Source: Chrysomallon squamiferum (lineage: Eukaryota; Animalia; Mollusca). From it: DNA of 64,000 bases. The stretch is taken from NCBI GenBank assembly GCA_012295275.1, contig CM022676.1, forward strand, positions 16,120,001-16,184,000. The letters are read 5' to 3'. Within the stretch, counting starts at the first letter, position 1, and each line of letters starts with the position of its first letter. The position numbers and the translations under genes were made by a program. This document shows positions 50,951-64,000 of the stretch, one piece after another. Under the pieces are notes generated by a model, which searched no databases, was not told the DNA's origin, and saw nothing but the letters and a program-made list of their open reading frames with translations.

Positions 50951-52216
50951 TAATAAGCCTAGCAATATTTTCACAACTCCTTTTGGCATCAAAGCATTAT
51001 TGTATCAAATATTGTTGAAATCACAAAGTAACGAATCATTTTTGAAAACCAGGTCTAAAATGATTGTTTTATAAACCATGTTGTATTCTGTTTGCTTTAC
51101 TGTACATATTTATTTCTTTTTATTTTAGTTTTAGTGCTACACCATATCAAAGTGCTCACTTTGGAGAGGGAACTGGACAAATATGGGTTGATGATCTGAG
51201 ATGTGATGGACATGAAGACAGTGTTGAAAAGTGTTCATTTCCTGGCTGGGGAAAACACAACTGTAGTCACTCAGTTTACACGCGACATTTTATTTTAATT
51301 TAATTTAATTTATTTTACTTTATTTTACTTACTTTTTCATCTATGAAAAAACCGTGTATCTTCTACAAATGATTACATTAGCAAATTTAATGTTGTTTCT
51401 TTAATCGTTAGGAAGCACCTTACCTCAGTAGCGGCAGAATATGTTCTGGCAATATCAAACTGACAGATAAAAAAAAAAAACAGACAGTGATATATTAAAT
51501 CCAATCCATTTATTCTAAACAATGACAGTTTTAGGAACTGAACTGGACTGAGCTATTTGGCTTTTATTGACGTCAGGGTTCAAAATTTTGAAGTTTCTAT
51601 ATTTGTTTAGTGCAATCTAACAATGATAATAGTAGTAATAATTGAAACAAACAAACAAACAATAAGTCAGAAAATGGACACAATGTTTCACTACCGAGAC
51701 AAAGTCAAAATAATCTTGAATGAAATATAGATTCACTAATGATTTAATAAAATTAATGTGTTACCAAAACATTGAACAAAATTACTTTGAAATATGTAAT
51801 GATTCCCGCCATTTTGAAACCACCGGAATGAAATATTTTATATTTTACTTCAGTGTAAACAGTCAGAAATTTGCTGATGTTCAGTTTACTTTGAATATTT
51901 GTAATAAATTAAACAGCCGAATTATTTGTTCTAGTAAATTATCTTCATGTTGTGTGCATTTTTCTTTAAAAAAGACATAAACAAATTTGGGAAATATATT
52001 TTTTTGCTATTTCTATAAACAAAATTTCAATGCATCAATCTTGAGATTACCGAAATCTGTTCAAAATAAGAATAATGAAACGTTTTAATTCGTAGTCTTA
52101 TCAATTTAATTTTCTTCTAAACATCTAGAATCGAATCTTTCTTTTCTCTTTAAATTTGTTGTTGTTGTTGTTGTTTATTTTCTAGTTCTTCTCCTTCTTT
52201 CTCTTCTTCTTCTCGC

Positions 52217-52276
<60 letters not shown>

Positions 52277-53054
52277 GATAAAATTTAGAAAAAGAAGAAA
52301 AATAAAACGTTTAATGTATCTCAGACTAATCAGGTGGAGTTGAACTAAAACTGAATTTTCATTTTAATATTTGAACTAAAATGAGTTATCAGAATATGGA
52401 AAAGTGACAGGGTCAAATATATGCAATCATTTTCGCTATTTTCTTTTATTGATTATTCCAGTGCCTGTCAGACTAGTCAATGGTGGAGGTATTTCAACAC
52501 AGGGTCGAGTTGAGATCAAACTTTACGATACATGGGGAACTGTCTGTGGTGACAAATTTGACGACAAAGACACAGACTTTATCTGTACACTTTTAGGATT
52601 CAGTCAGTAAGAATATTTTATCTTCATTTAAACTCTATAATTTATCAACAGTGATAAACAATGATTATGTTTATATTTCCGCCATAGAAAGTAAATTAAA
52701 ATTGGAATTAAAAATTTATGTTTGAAATTAGCCCGCAGTACATCTTGATCAGCATTTCTGCTAATCGAGATCAGACAACTCAGTTTGTGTTTTGTAAATC
52801 CTAGATTCTACGCAAAGACGTATAAGAATGCTCACTTTGGAGAAGGAACAGGACCAGTGTGGGTTTATGATGTTACCTGTGTTATTTTATTTTTTATTTA
52901 TTTGTTTTTATTGGATTTGTTTGTTTTTGTTTTTTTTGCCATTTTGTTTTAACTACTACTACTACTATTACTATTCTTTTTCTTACTACTACTAACACTA
53001 CAGCAACAATTAATAGTACTACTACTAATGCTACTATTACTACTACTACTACTA

Positions 53055-53094
<40 letters not shown>

Positions 53095-55172
53095 ATTTGT
53101 GTCAGAGTTTTCTGTTGCTATATTGCTGCTAAGATTTCTCTGTGAAATTAGAACGTAAATTCAGTACACATTTTTACTGAAATAACGAACTGTCAAGAAG
53201 CCAGTCCATCAGCTGGTTCGGAAATGCCATATTTTGGTTTGGTAATAATTATGAAGCTGTTCCGTCGTTTTCTGTCCTGTTTCAGACAATATCAGACTGA
53301 AAAACTCAGATACTGACGTTGTCATGACAGGTGGTTGGAAAATATATATGTGTTAACACATTCTTCTGAATCAAACAAGTAACAGACCAGTAGAGGAACC
53401 GAATAAGATATATCGCCATCATTGTTCTGAGGTGATAAATATTTTATATCTGGTTCTAAAATTAAATTTCCTTAAAATGTTATTTTTCTTTTCCTTGAAT
53501 AATATTTCACTGAAGGAGCAAAGATCGTTACACACTTTGGAGAAGGTTCTGGTCCAATATGGTTAAATAATCTTTAGTGTGAAGGAAATGAAAGATCTGT
53601 TGAACACTGTCGTTTTCCTGGTTTCAGAAACTATTACTGTAGTCACTTACAGGATGTTGGTCTATACTGTCAAGGTTCGTTATACAGAAATCTAATAGTC
53701 TTTTTTTTTCTTTTTATCAGTGTTTAGAATGGAATGAAATGATACATTACGAAAACAATTACAAATATATCAGTTTGTGTTTAAAAGTAGATATTTCTAA
53801 ACAGTTAAACAACCGATTTGTGTGTCAAAAATGTATTATTCAAACTGTTTTATATTTATCTTTCAGAAAGTACTATTTTCTCTAATTTTTGGTTATCGAT
53901 ATCTTTTCAATATAAAAGTGAACAAAGGTCTCCTAACTCCTTGTCAACAGTTTTATCGTTTTTTGGTTTTTGTTTTTTCTCTAAGAATCTTGAATCTATT
54001 ATTTTTCGTTTTTCTGTTTTCTTGTTCTTTGCTGTTCATCTTGTTTTTCTTTTTCCTTATTATTATTATTAATTTCTGGTACGTCATCACTGATGTGATA
54101 AGCTAAACAAGAACATTAAATTAGTTTTAATACAGAGCAACACATTTTATTGTCCCCATTAGTTTATCGTGAAGTGTTTAAAGAGAGCGGTCTAAACTAA
54201 GAAAATAACAAACACGAGATATATTGCAAACATAATATTTATTATTATAATTTTTATTTTTTACATTTAAACAAATCACTATTACTTTGTTTCTAAAAAT
54301 ATCAAAATGTTACTATGGAGTGTCTGTCTACTAAGTTCCGCCATTTAGAAACACTGTAATGAAATATTATATCATTTACTTTAGTGTATGAGACTAGTCA
54401 ATGGTGGAGGTATTTCAACACAGGGTTGAGTTGAAATCAAACTTAACGATACATGGGGAACTGTGTGGTGACAAATTTGACGACAAAGACGCAAGCTTTA
54501 TCTGTACACTTTTAGGATTCAGTCAGTAAGAATGTTTTACCTTCAGTTAAACTGTTCAATTTATAAACAATGATAAAATATCAGCACGTTTATATTTTCG
54601 ATTTACAGAGTAAATGAAAAAAGCAAATTAATATTTGTGTTTGAAATTAGCCAGTAGCACAGATTGACCAATACTTGTATTAAAGAAGATGCATTTGTGT
54701 TTTGTAAAACTAGATTCAACGCATAGACGTATACGAATGGAGAAGGAACAGGACCAGTGTGGGTTGATGATGTTAACTGTGTTAAAGATGAAAATGGACT
54801 GAATCACTTTCTTTCTATGACTGGGGTGAAGCAAACTGCAGTCATAAACAGGATTTGGGAATTAGCTGTTCACCACAGGGTAAGCAGTTTTTGTTAGTAG
54901 AATTGTTTCGTATTGTTTAAAGTTTAATTTCACGAAAAACATAATACGTTTACTGACTAGAGTTGTTAGCTTTCTCATTAAGTTGTGAATATGTATGTAT
55001 GTGTGTGTATATATATATATATATGTGTATATGTATGTGTGTGTATATATATATATATGTATATGTATGTGTGTGTATATATTGCTTTTTATGTTTATAA
55101 ATATTTTCCAAATCGATTAGTTGTAGCTCTTTCGCCCACATTACAGATACCACCCTCTCTCTCTCTCTCTCC

Positions 55173-55256
<84 letters not shown>

Positions 55257-56488
55257 GTGTGCATGTGTGTATGTGTTTGTATGTGTGTGTGTGTGAGAGA
55301 GAGAGACTGTATAAAAGGAGACAAAAGATCGCTATGGCAACAATGTTCATACTGTTAATATTTTGCAAGTGTTTTTTGTAGTGTGTTGACACTTGATAGT
55401 TTCGTAATATAGATACTGGAAACACTATTTCTGTGGCTTCTGGATATTGGAGCGCAAATTTGATTTAACAAGATATTGGTATTTATAAATGGTCTATGTG
55501 AAACCACTGAGTCGTACTTATCTGTGACTATCACCGCAGTCATATCGGATGCTGTTACTGATTAAGTAGATGTATATACATATAGATACATAGAGACATA
55601 AACAGATAGATTAATGTGTGTATGCATGTGTTTATTCATGTGGAAAAAACGTCTTGTAACAATTTTGATAGTCAAAAGTTTTTATAATAATATTTATAAA
55701 TTATCGTTTAATCCTTTCTTCCATTGATATCAGTTTCTGTTCGACTGGTCAATGGAGGAGGAATTGCAACACGAGGCAGACTTGAAATAGGAAACAATGG
55801 GACATGGGGAACTGTCTGTGATAATGAATTTGACGATAGAGATGCTGCTCTCATCTGTTACATGCTGGGTTTTAGGCGGTAAATATACGGTATTTAATTT
55901 CTACAAGTCACATTGTATCTACTTATATATTTCCATTAGGAAGAAGTACATAGTTGTTTAATGGCATGAAGTCTTAATTCAAAACCCAAATTATTTCCTA
56001 TTCTAATTTTGTATTTTATGACAACTCTCAACAAATTGCAGTGATGTCGTCCTGAATGGTAGGAAAATAAATATGAGCAATATTCTAAACTGATAAATAG
56101 TTAGAATATTAATCTGTCTTCTGGTTCTGAAACCTACATTGTCAGACAGTTTACATAATTCTAAACAACAACAACAACATATATAAATTACCCGGCGTCA
56201 CTGTTCCGTCGCGAAGTCACCAGCTGGATCGTTACACATTACAACTGTCATACTTCCTTGCTGTAACACAACAACTAAATCACACAACTTACTTCGTATT
56301 AATTATTGCACAGCAAAACAGAAACTCGCTTAAAAAGATTTCTATTTTAATAATAAGATGTCTCTTAAATTTACAGAAAATTATAGATCTCTAAATTATT
56401 GATTTCATTTCTTTATCAAATTATTCGTTATTAATACCACGGATGCGCATTATAATTCTATATTTCTCAACATTTCTTTAATCTATAC

Positions 56489-56537
<49 letters not shown>

Positions 56538-56726
56538 TCTGGGAGGAAGAGAGATAATATCGTCTTTCCCCAACGGAAAATCCAGTTTTTGTATGAGACT
56601 TTTTCCTTTAGATATATTTCTTTAACGCATACAAATGAGCTATATTTTATTACAGTACTTATTTTCTTATGTATATAATATCGATATTATCTGGTATAAT
56701 ACATATACATATACATATGTACATAA

Positions 56727-56798
<72 letters not shown>

Positions 56799-57040
56799 TG
56801 AAAGGAGATAACTTCATTAGGAAGTGTAATATATATGAACGACATATTTTTAATGTAAGTAATTAAGATTTTTATTAAAGTAATAACTTGGTTATCCCTT
56901 GACTGATTTCGTTCTTAATTATTTTAAGTCAGGTTTCCAGAAAATCGTAAATAACGTAGTTGCATTTATTTTGCTTTATATCATAACAAATTTTCTATAT
57001 ACAGAAACAAATCATATAGCACTCGTGTTAATATGTTATA

Positions 57041-57075
<35 letters not shown>

Positions 57076-57378
57076 TGTCACCATTTGAAATTTGCCAATA
57101 TCTATCCCAGTGTTCTAAAATCCTAGGTATGATGACGAGCTGATTAAACATTTTCACCGTGGCAATTTTATTTATTATTTTGTTTATCTTTTTTTTTTTT
57201 TAGTTTCGAAGTTAAATCCACACAGCATCTCAGTTTGGACAAGGCAGTGGACCTATTTGGCTTGATGGACTTGACTGTAAGGGAGATGAAGAAAGTGTAG
57301 ACCATTGTTCATACTCTACTTGGGGTGATAACAACTGCAGTCATCATCAAGACGTGGGAATCAGATGTCTGAATCGCT
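49972..57378 (+). pseudogene. Multi-SRCR pseudogene, inverted paralog of the minus-strand array
   Basis: Signal exon 49972-50036 (2-nt deletion); 50579-50722 (TAA 50617 + frameshift); 51129-51274 (3' deletion); 52462-52606 (open); 52805-~52884 (truncated); 53511-53674 (acceptor CAC, TAG 53575); 54385-54525 (TGA, indels); 54714-54879 (TAG, deletions); 55734-55878 (open); 57204-57378 (1-nt deletion). Confidence 0.9.
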
Positions 57379-58538
57379 GTAAATAGTAATGTATAGAAGT
57401 TAACATTTAGTGAACAGACAGTTCAGTGTGACAAACTAAATCAGCTTCGAATTTTTTCCACTCCGGTTGCTTCTATTTTTCTTTTCTTTCTGCTGTTTTC
57501 TCCGACGTCCGCGGAAATTTTCTATGTTTTCGGTTTGCACGTTGAGATTAGATTTGAAGTTCTGGCTTGGAAAGTGTGTGTGTGGCATGGTGTGTGCGTG
57601 TGTGCGTGCGTGTGTAGTCAGTCTCGCAATCACATATATAAATGCACACACACGCATATAGATACATATTTGCTGTTTGTGATATGATTATGTGCGGGTA
57701 AGTTTCTGAGTATTTACAGGTGCCATTGCCAGACTGATATATTCACATACATATATAGATTATATAAAAACGATTGGCATACATATGTGTGTGGTTGTGT
57801 CTATGTATGTATATATAAATTCAATAATATTAATGTTTAAATTTGATTTGTATAAATTAGTGTTTTAATACAATATCTATAGTTAATATATATAAACGAA
57901 ATATGTCTAATTAAACACACAGTTCCAAAGATAAATATGACTGAAAACTAAGTCTATGAAGGATCAAGGTACGATGTTACTATTCATTGAAACTGAATTG
58001 CGGCTACTTCACTAATGTGTCGTTTCACTGAACTTTGGATTTCTCACACACACACAATAATTAACTGTTAATGGGTTGTGTCTCTGAAATCACAGACATA
58101 CTGAACAAAGACACACTGACTAAATACCGGAATTCACTATGATTTTGTCAGTTTAAAACATATCGAATTTTATATAGAATTGTTACAGCCATGTTTTGTT
58201 TTATCATTGTATAAATTTACAGGTCAAGAACACTCCATAACATACATTTACGTCTCTATAGATTATATATATATGTCCTTTACTGCAGTCGGTTATGCAC
58301 ACCTGCGTATGTTTCTGCTACATTTTAGATTACTATTAGATTCTCCAAAGCATTTTTATTTATTGTCCGCTATTTTTATTGAGTTTTGAATCCTTGATTT
58401 GTTTTGTATTCGAGGTCGAATCTGAATAAAAATTATATGAATGCAACATTTCCAATCTTTTGTTTGTGCTAGTTCTACGAAACTTACCTCGTATTGTGAA
58501 AGAAGAAGCATTTACTATCAACCACAAGCTTATAGATC

Positions 58539-58761
58539 TTTTATCTCTCTTTCTGAAAGCAAAAACATTTATATTGGATATTAAAAATGACATTACGCGA
58601 CAGAAATTTTGTTTTGTCTACTTTATGTGTAGCTTGTGAATGGTGTATCGCGAACGTTGGTCACACACTACAAATAAAATATACAAAACAAAAATTATGT
58701 CGTGTAATGTCATTTATAATATCCAATATAAACGTCTTTGCTTCCAGAAATCGGGAGAAAA
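58539..58761. repeat. Foldback inverted repeat, about 100-bp arms and a 21-nt loop (MITE-like)
   Basis: tttatattggatattaaaaatgacattacgcgaca / tgtcgtgtaatgtcatttataatatccaatataaa. Confidence 0.8.
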
Positions 58762-59832
58762 GGTTTACGAAGAACTTCTGTAGCAGCAGACACGTGTCAA
58801 AACTAAGAGCTGTGTTTCGTCTCTTAAAGCACAGAGAAAGGGAAGATTTAACCCTCTGTCTGAGAGAGAAGTCAACAGCGTGGTCTTACAATACGACTGA
58901 TGAAATCGATTCTCCTCAGCCAGAACCTCCTCAATTCTGTAACACCTCCCCAAAACACTCCCCCCTGTAAATACGCAAACCTATAGTTTTAAATAGAATC
59001 TAAAACATACCATCACAAATGTTCGATATCTGTGAACACGATAACAGTAAATATACATGGATCATGTTACTACTGTTTTAAAAATCTGATATACAAAATG
59101 TCAAAATATAAAATGTATCTATATGTCATATCACGCACCGGCGTCACCCTTCACCTAAAATGTTGCAATAACAACAAGTCGAATTGTATTAAGATTTAAA
59201 CTCAAGACTTCTTTTCTATCTTTACGGTGTTTGATTCATGAACTCTAAACGCGTTTCTATAATTATTATTATTATTATTTTTTTTTTTATAATTATTATT
59301 GTTGTTGTTATTATTATTATTATTTTATTATTTCTGTGTTTGTTTGTATCCATCTTTTAAATCACTGACGTCAGACATTTTGTATTGTATTTTTCTTTTA
59401 ATTATGAACATAACATTTGGACGTCAGCCAACTGTTGTTGCATATTTTGTATGGCAATATTTGGAAGTATGCCAGCTCTAGAATAATGGAAAGTTACGTC
59501 GAAGAGAACAATTCTGTGTGAATGTATGAATGTCTTTGTATGTGTGTATGCACACCTGTGTGACTTATTAGTGAGTCTTTGACAGACATATTTATAATCA
59601 TAATTTTGTTTTCTGTGTAGTGAATTATATAATATTCTCACAATCCTGTTTTAAGATTCCCAAATAAACCAGAATGTCTGATACATTTCATATTATGTAA
59701 GGTATGATACTACCGTAATATTTATTGAGCTATAGTGTATATTAGGTTTATAAATTCATATTTTTAAGGTTTTTCAATCTTTAGCTGATTAGTGTCAGAA
59801 AATGGGGGCAACTACGGATCATTATGATTAAG

Positions 59833-59901
<69 letters not shown>

Positions 59902-60264
59902 TACTTATTTATTTCTCTGTTTGCATGTTTCTTTGTAGTCACTGCTGTCAGACATTTTGTATTTTATTTTTTTGTTGTTATAAAAATACAATATTTGGAC
60001 GTCAGCCAACTGTTTTTGTATATATTTTATAGCAATATTTGGACGTAAGCCAGCTCTACAATAATGCAACGTTACGTCCAAGAGAACAGCTCTGTGTGAA
60101 TATATGAATATCTTTGTATGTGTGTATTCACGTAAAACAAATGACAGATAAACAGAGAGATACATTATTTGTCATTATATTTTTCTTCCGTGAGAATTTG
60201 TTACACCTTAGCTACATCTATATTTATCATCTAACGTTTTATAAATTAAATATTTAATTCATAC

Positions 60265-60360
60265 CGGAAATTCCTGCCCTGTAAGTGACACCAACACCAC
60301 AGACATTGTTAGCAACAGCATCAATCTCACCACCACATCGTGTACCATGATGTGTTGTGG
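60265..60360 (-). pseudogene. Convertase catalytic-His exon relic, copy D (frame open)
   Basis: TTHHGTRCGGEIDAVANNVCGVGVTYRAGISG. Confidence 0.82.
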
Positions 60361-60558
60361 CTGCAACAAAATAATGAGAATAGTTTTAATTATACTATTC
60401 AAAACTTTACTCTTCTTCAAAATCAAAACTGATTAAATTATATAAATTCGGTATGAGATTTTTTATTTAGACTTAGGATATATTTTGTATTATTCATTAC
60501 TGCCCCAGAAAACAACTGGTAATATTTCAAATCGGGCCATGGATTATGGTTAGTAATC

Positions 60559-60606
<48 letters not shown>

Positions 60607-60711
60607 TGTATTATTATTATTATTATTATTTTGTAAGCACATAAATATATAACAATATAATCATAATATAAAGTTAAATACAAAAACAAATTTAATAATA
60701 GAGGGACAAAG

Positions 60712-60799
<88 letters not shown>

Positions 60800-60994
60800 C
60801 GAGAGAGAGAAGAAAGAGAGAGAGAAGTATATGGATGAAGAAATAACAAATAAAGTATCGATTATGTAATGTTGTTTATGATAATAATAAGATGATGATG
60901 ATGATAGTGATGATGATGTAACGAGAACAAGTACTACCCAAATCAAACTGGTTTAACTCAAGGTACACAAAGTTAATAAAAATAACGGACACTG

Positions 60995-61060
60995 AAGTCG
61001 CCTTTGTGGTCACTAAGCATAAAATCAGAATCAGTATCATTGAAATCCCAGCCGCTTATT
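60995..61060 (-). pseudogene. Preceding convertase exon relic, copy D
   Basis: SGWDFNDTDSDFMLSD; boundaries approximate. Confidence 0.6.
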
Positions 61061-62455
61061 TATAGCTTAATTTTATCTAAAATTACGTGTTTGCCTACCT
61101 GTTATGAAAGAGTTCTCCGTTTAAACACCACAAGTTACCTGAAGATAATTGCAAGATGCTTTTCTTTCCAAAATTTCAAGACCGATGTATGAAGAGTGAT
61201 TATCACGATTCTGCATGTTTCATCTAGTAGTAATCAGCGAAACCGCATTTTGTACTAAACATATTGAATCACAAAGAGAAAAGAAATAAACAGTTTTTCC
61301 TATTCTTTTTTAAAACCACAGACTCAGTCTATAGAAAAGTAGGCACAAGAATCCCTTAATCACACAATACCTCTAGTACTTGTGTTAGTAAAAATGAAAC
61401 TATAACATGCGCTTCACCACTATATAATAACACCGATCACAAACCTGAAAAATATCACATTGAAAGAAAACAGATGATATTGTGTTTTAAAAAACAAAAA
61501 GTTGCTAAATATAGTGGGAATGAAGAAGCTCTAGCTATGGTTCTTATTCTACAAACATCAAACAAATATCCATTCATAATTATTATATTCAGTTAGCAAG
61601 AACAAAGTGTAAGTGTGAAGAGAGAAGGAAGAAGACATTACTAACATTCATATTCATTAATTGTTTTATAGTTAAGATTCAGACTGCGCCCATACTGATA
61701 AATGACTGCGTATCGTAGTCACATTTAGTGCTATTTTGATCAATATCACTAATAATGATTTTTTGATCGTTAATGAACTAATTATTTATATGTGTTTTAT
61801 ATTCAAGAAACCTGATATCTGGTGATCAGTGAGTCCTTTTGGATGAAACGATTTCATTCGAAAGCTACGTTGATAGGGATCTCAAATGTGCCGTTATTTC
61901 CTTTATATGTACAACTAAACTTTGGAACTTTTTCACCTTTTGTTTGACCTTACATTTGACTTTGTTACCACGTGATCTTCAAATGACCTCACAATATAAA
62001 AGTTGCAAAACCTATAACATGTTGAGTTCAGTAGTGAAATGTACGTAATAGAGACCTTCTGACACTTTTTAGTGATTTAATATACACACCTGCCATGAGG
62101 TTATACTATTGTTGGTTGCAGCTTATGTTATTTTATTCCATTGTTATATTACGGCTAAAATATAATGTGGCGAATTTAAAATTGTATTCTTACTTTACTT
62201 ATTTCATTACATTCTTTGTTGCTTACTCTTGAGGTTATCATGTCCCTCCTCCTTATTAAATTACACCGCCATAAAAAAAAAAAATGCCATATACAATTAA
62301 AGAAACATAATGTGACACAGAAGATCTTAGACTTACAAGACAAATGACGAGCAGAACATTTTGGTGAACAAGAAAATGTAATCCAGCAGAAGTAGTATGC
62401 AGCACCCTTCTAACTTATTATTAATACTTTTGCTGTTTTCATAATTGATGCTTAG

Positions 62456-62486
<31 letters not shown>

Positions 62487-62645
62487 TGAGAAACTGCTCA
62501 TGATATCGTCTAACGCTTATATTCAAGAAACTAAACATATTTATACCTCAAATCCTGAATTCGCTGAAACTTTTATGAGAATTGATTGAATCCACAGAGA
62601 TGTTCATATCAGAATAGCCAAACAAATGAATCAGTGTTTACTTAA

Positions 62646-62713
<68 letters not shown>

Positions 62714-64000
62714 ACACACACACTCATATACACTATAACACTTAAACACACCCGTACCTTATGTTTGTTAGGGTTTCTGGAGTATACACACTGACAAACT
62801 ATTTTAAATCAACAAATAAAGATAGATAGACGTCATATTGGCGGATATAGGCACAGGGTATATAAATTGGTAAATAAATATACATGGATAACTGACATAC
62901 GTACTTTGCCTTTATGTCACACTGACATGCGCCACTTGTAAACTTACATTCTGAAAGATTTTCTTCGATATTCTTTATATCTTTTCTTTATCTATGTCGT
63001 ACGTTCCATGCCACCTACTAACAATAAAATACTTTGAAACATGATTACCGTTCCAAAATTAAACTTAGTCAGTCAACGAGCTACGTATATAAAGATAGGA
63101 ATCAGGATCTAAATCACAGTAGTTGTGTTTGACCGAGACAAAATGTTGTGTACAGTTTTTATCAAAGAAATGTCTTTAATTCAGTGTATATGGATTTACT
63201 CATTTCTGATATCTGCAGTCGCTTCAGGTATGTCAGTATTATTTTTGTTTTGTTTTATTAATATACGTATTAACAGTGAACTACTTAATAATAATGACAT
63301 TACAAATTGCATTCACATGCTTGTCGGTTAAATTGAATTTCTCTTTTATACTGTCCATTTTATTTAAATCTCAGAACCGGTGAAACATAGAAGTGTGTTC
63401 TAAAACGAGAATCGTGTTCTGAGTAATGGCTTAAACTCCATCAACTAAAGATTCACGGATAAACTTTCATATTTAGGATGTTATTTGCTAAATGATAAAT
63501 ATATTTCCTTACTATTATTGGCCCTCCAATTTTGACATTGTCATAAAAACGTTTCGGACCTGATATCTGGTGATCAGTGCGCCCTTTCGGATGAAACGAT
63601 TTCATTCGAAAGCTACGTTGATAGGGATCCAAAAAGTGCCGTTATTTCCTTAATATGTACACCTAAACTTTGGAACCTTTTTCACCTTTTGTTTGACGTT
63701 ACATTTCACTTTGTTACCACCTGATCTTCAAATGACCTCACAATATAAAAGTTGCAGAATCTATAACATGTTGAGTTCAGTAGTGAAATGTACGTAATAG
63801 AGACGTTCTAACACTTTTTAGTGATTTAATATACACATATGTCATGAGGTTACACTATTGTTGGTTCCAGCTTAAGTTATTGTATTGCATTGATATATTA
63901 CGGCTAAAATATAATGTGGCGAAGTAAAAATTGTATTCTTAATTTACTTGGGGAATTTGACCTGGAATGAAACTCTGTCATATTTTATTACATTCTTTGT

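Larger units (their letters stand above)
59260..64000. repeat. Direct-orientation copy of the left-end duplicated block, with an internal duplication (~61810-62280 vs ~63560-64000)
   Basis: Collinear matches to ~2450-6600 and ~7300-9000, including the convertase exons and gatgaaacgatttcattcgaaagctacgttgatagggat. Confidence 0.88.

Overview
Very AT-rich, microsatellite-rich animal genomic DNA with GT-AG introns. An invertebrate, possibly a mollusc, is inferred from composition and Ig-domain style; this is not proven. The ORF track ignores splicing, so exons were read by hand from splice sites and frame. (1) 16246-39831 (+): a 20-exon open model of a type I membrane receptor, SRCR-SRCR-(Ig-Ig-FN3)x4-TM plus a short tail with two YxxL motifs 12 aa apart (ITAM-like). 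No signal exon was found for it. Its four Ig-A copies have a nearly invariant core and a variable FG loop. (2) After a 200-N gap, two group-A SRCR arrays lie head-to-head, with signal-peptide ATGs only 63 nt apart. The minus copy (49908-40991) has 6 SRCRs and two lesions. The plus copy (49972-57378) is a heavily decayed pseudogene. (3) Both ends of the window carry direct copies of a multi-kb duplicated block containing decayed exons of a PCSK7/furin-type convertase. (4) Transposon relics: a Gmr1-like LTR element, a Tigger-like MITE, a mariner-like fragment and a foldback hairpin.
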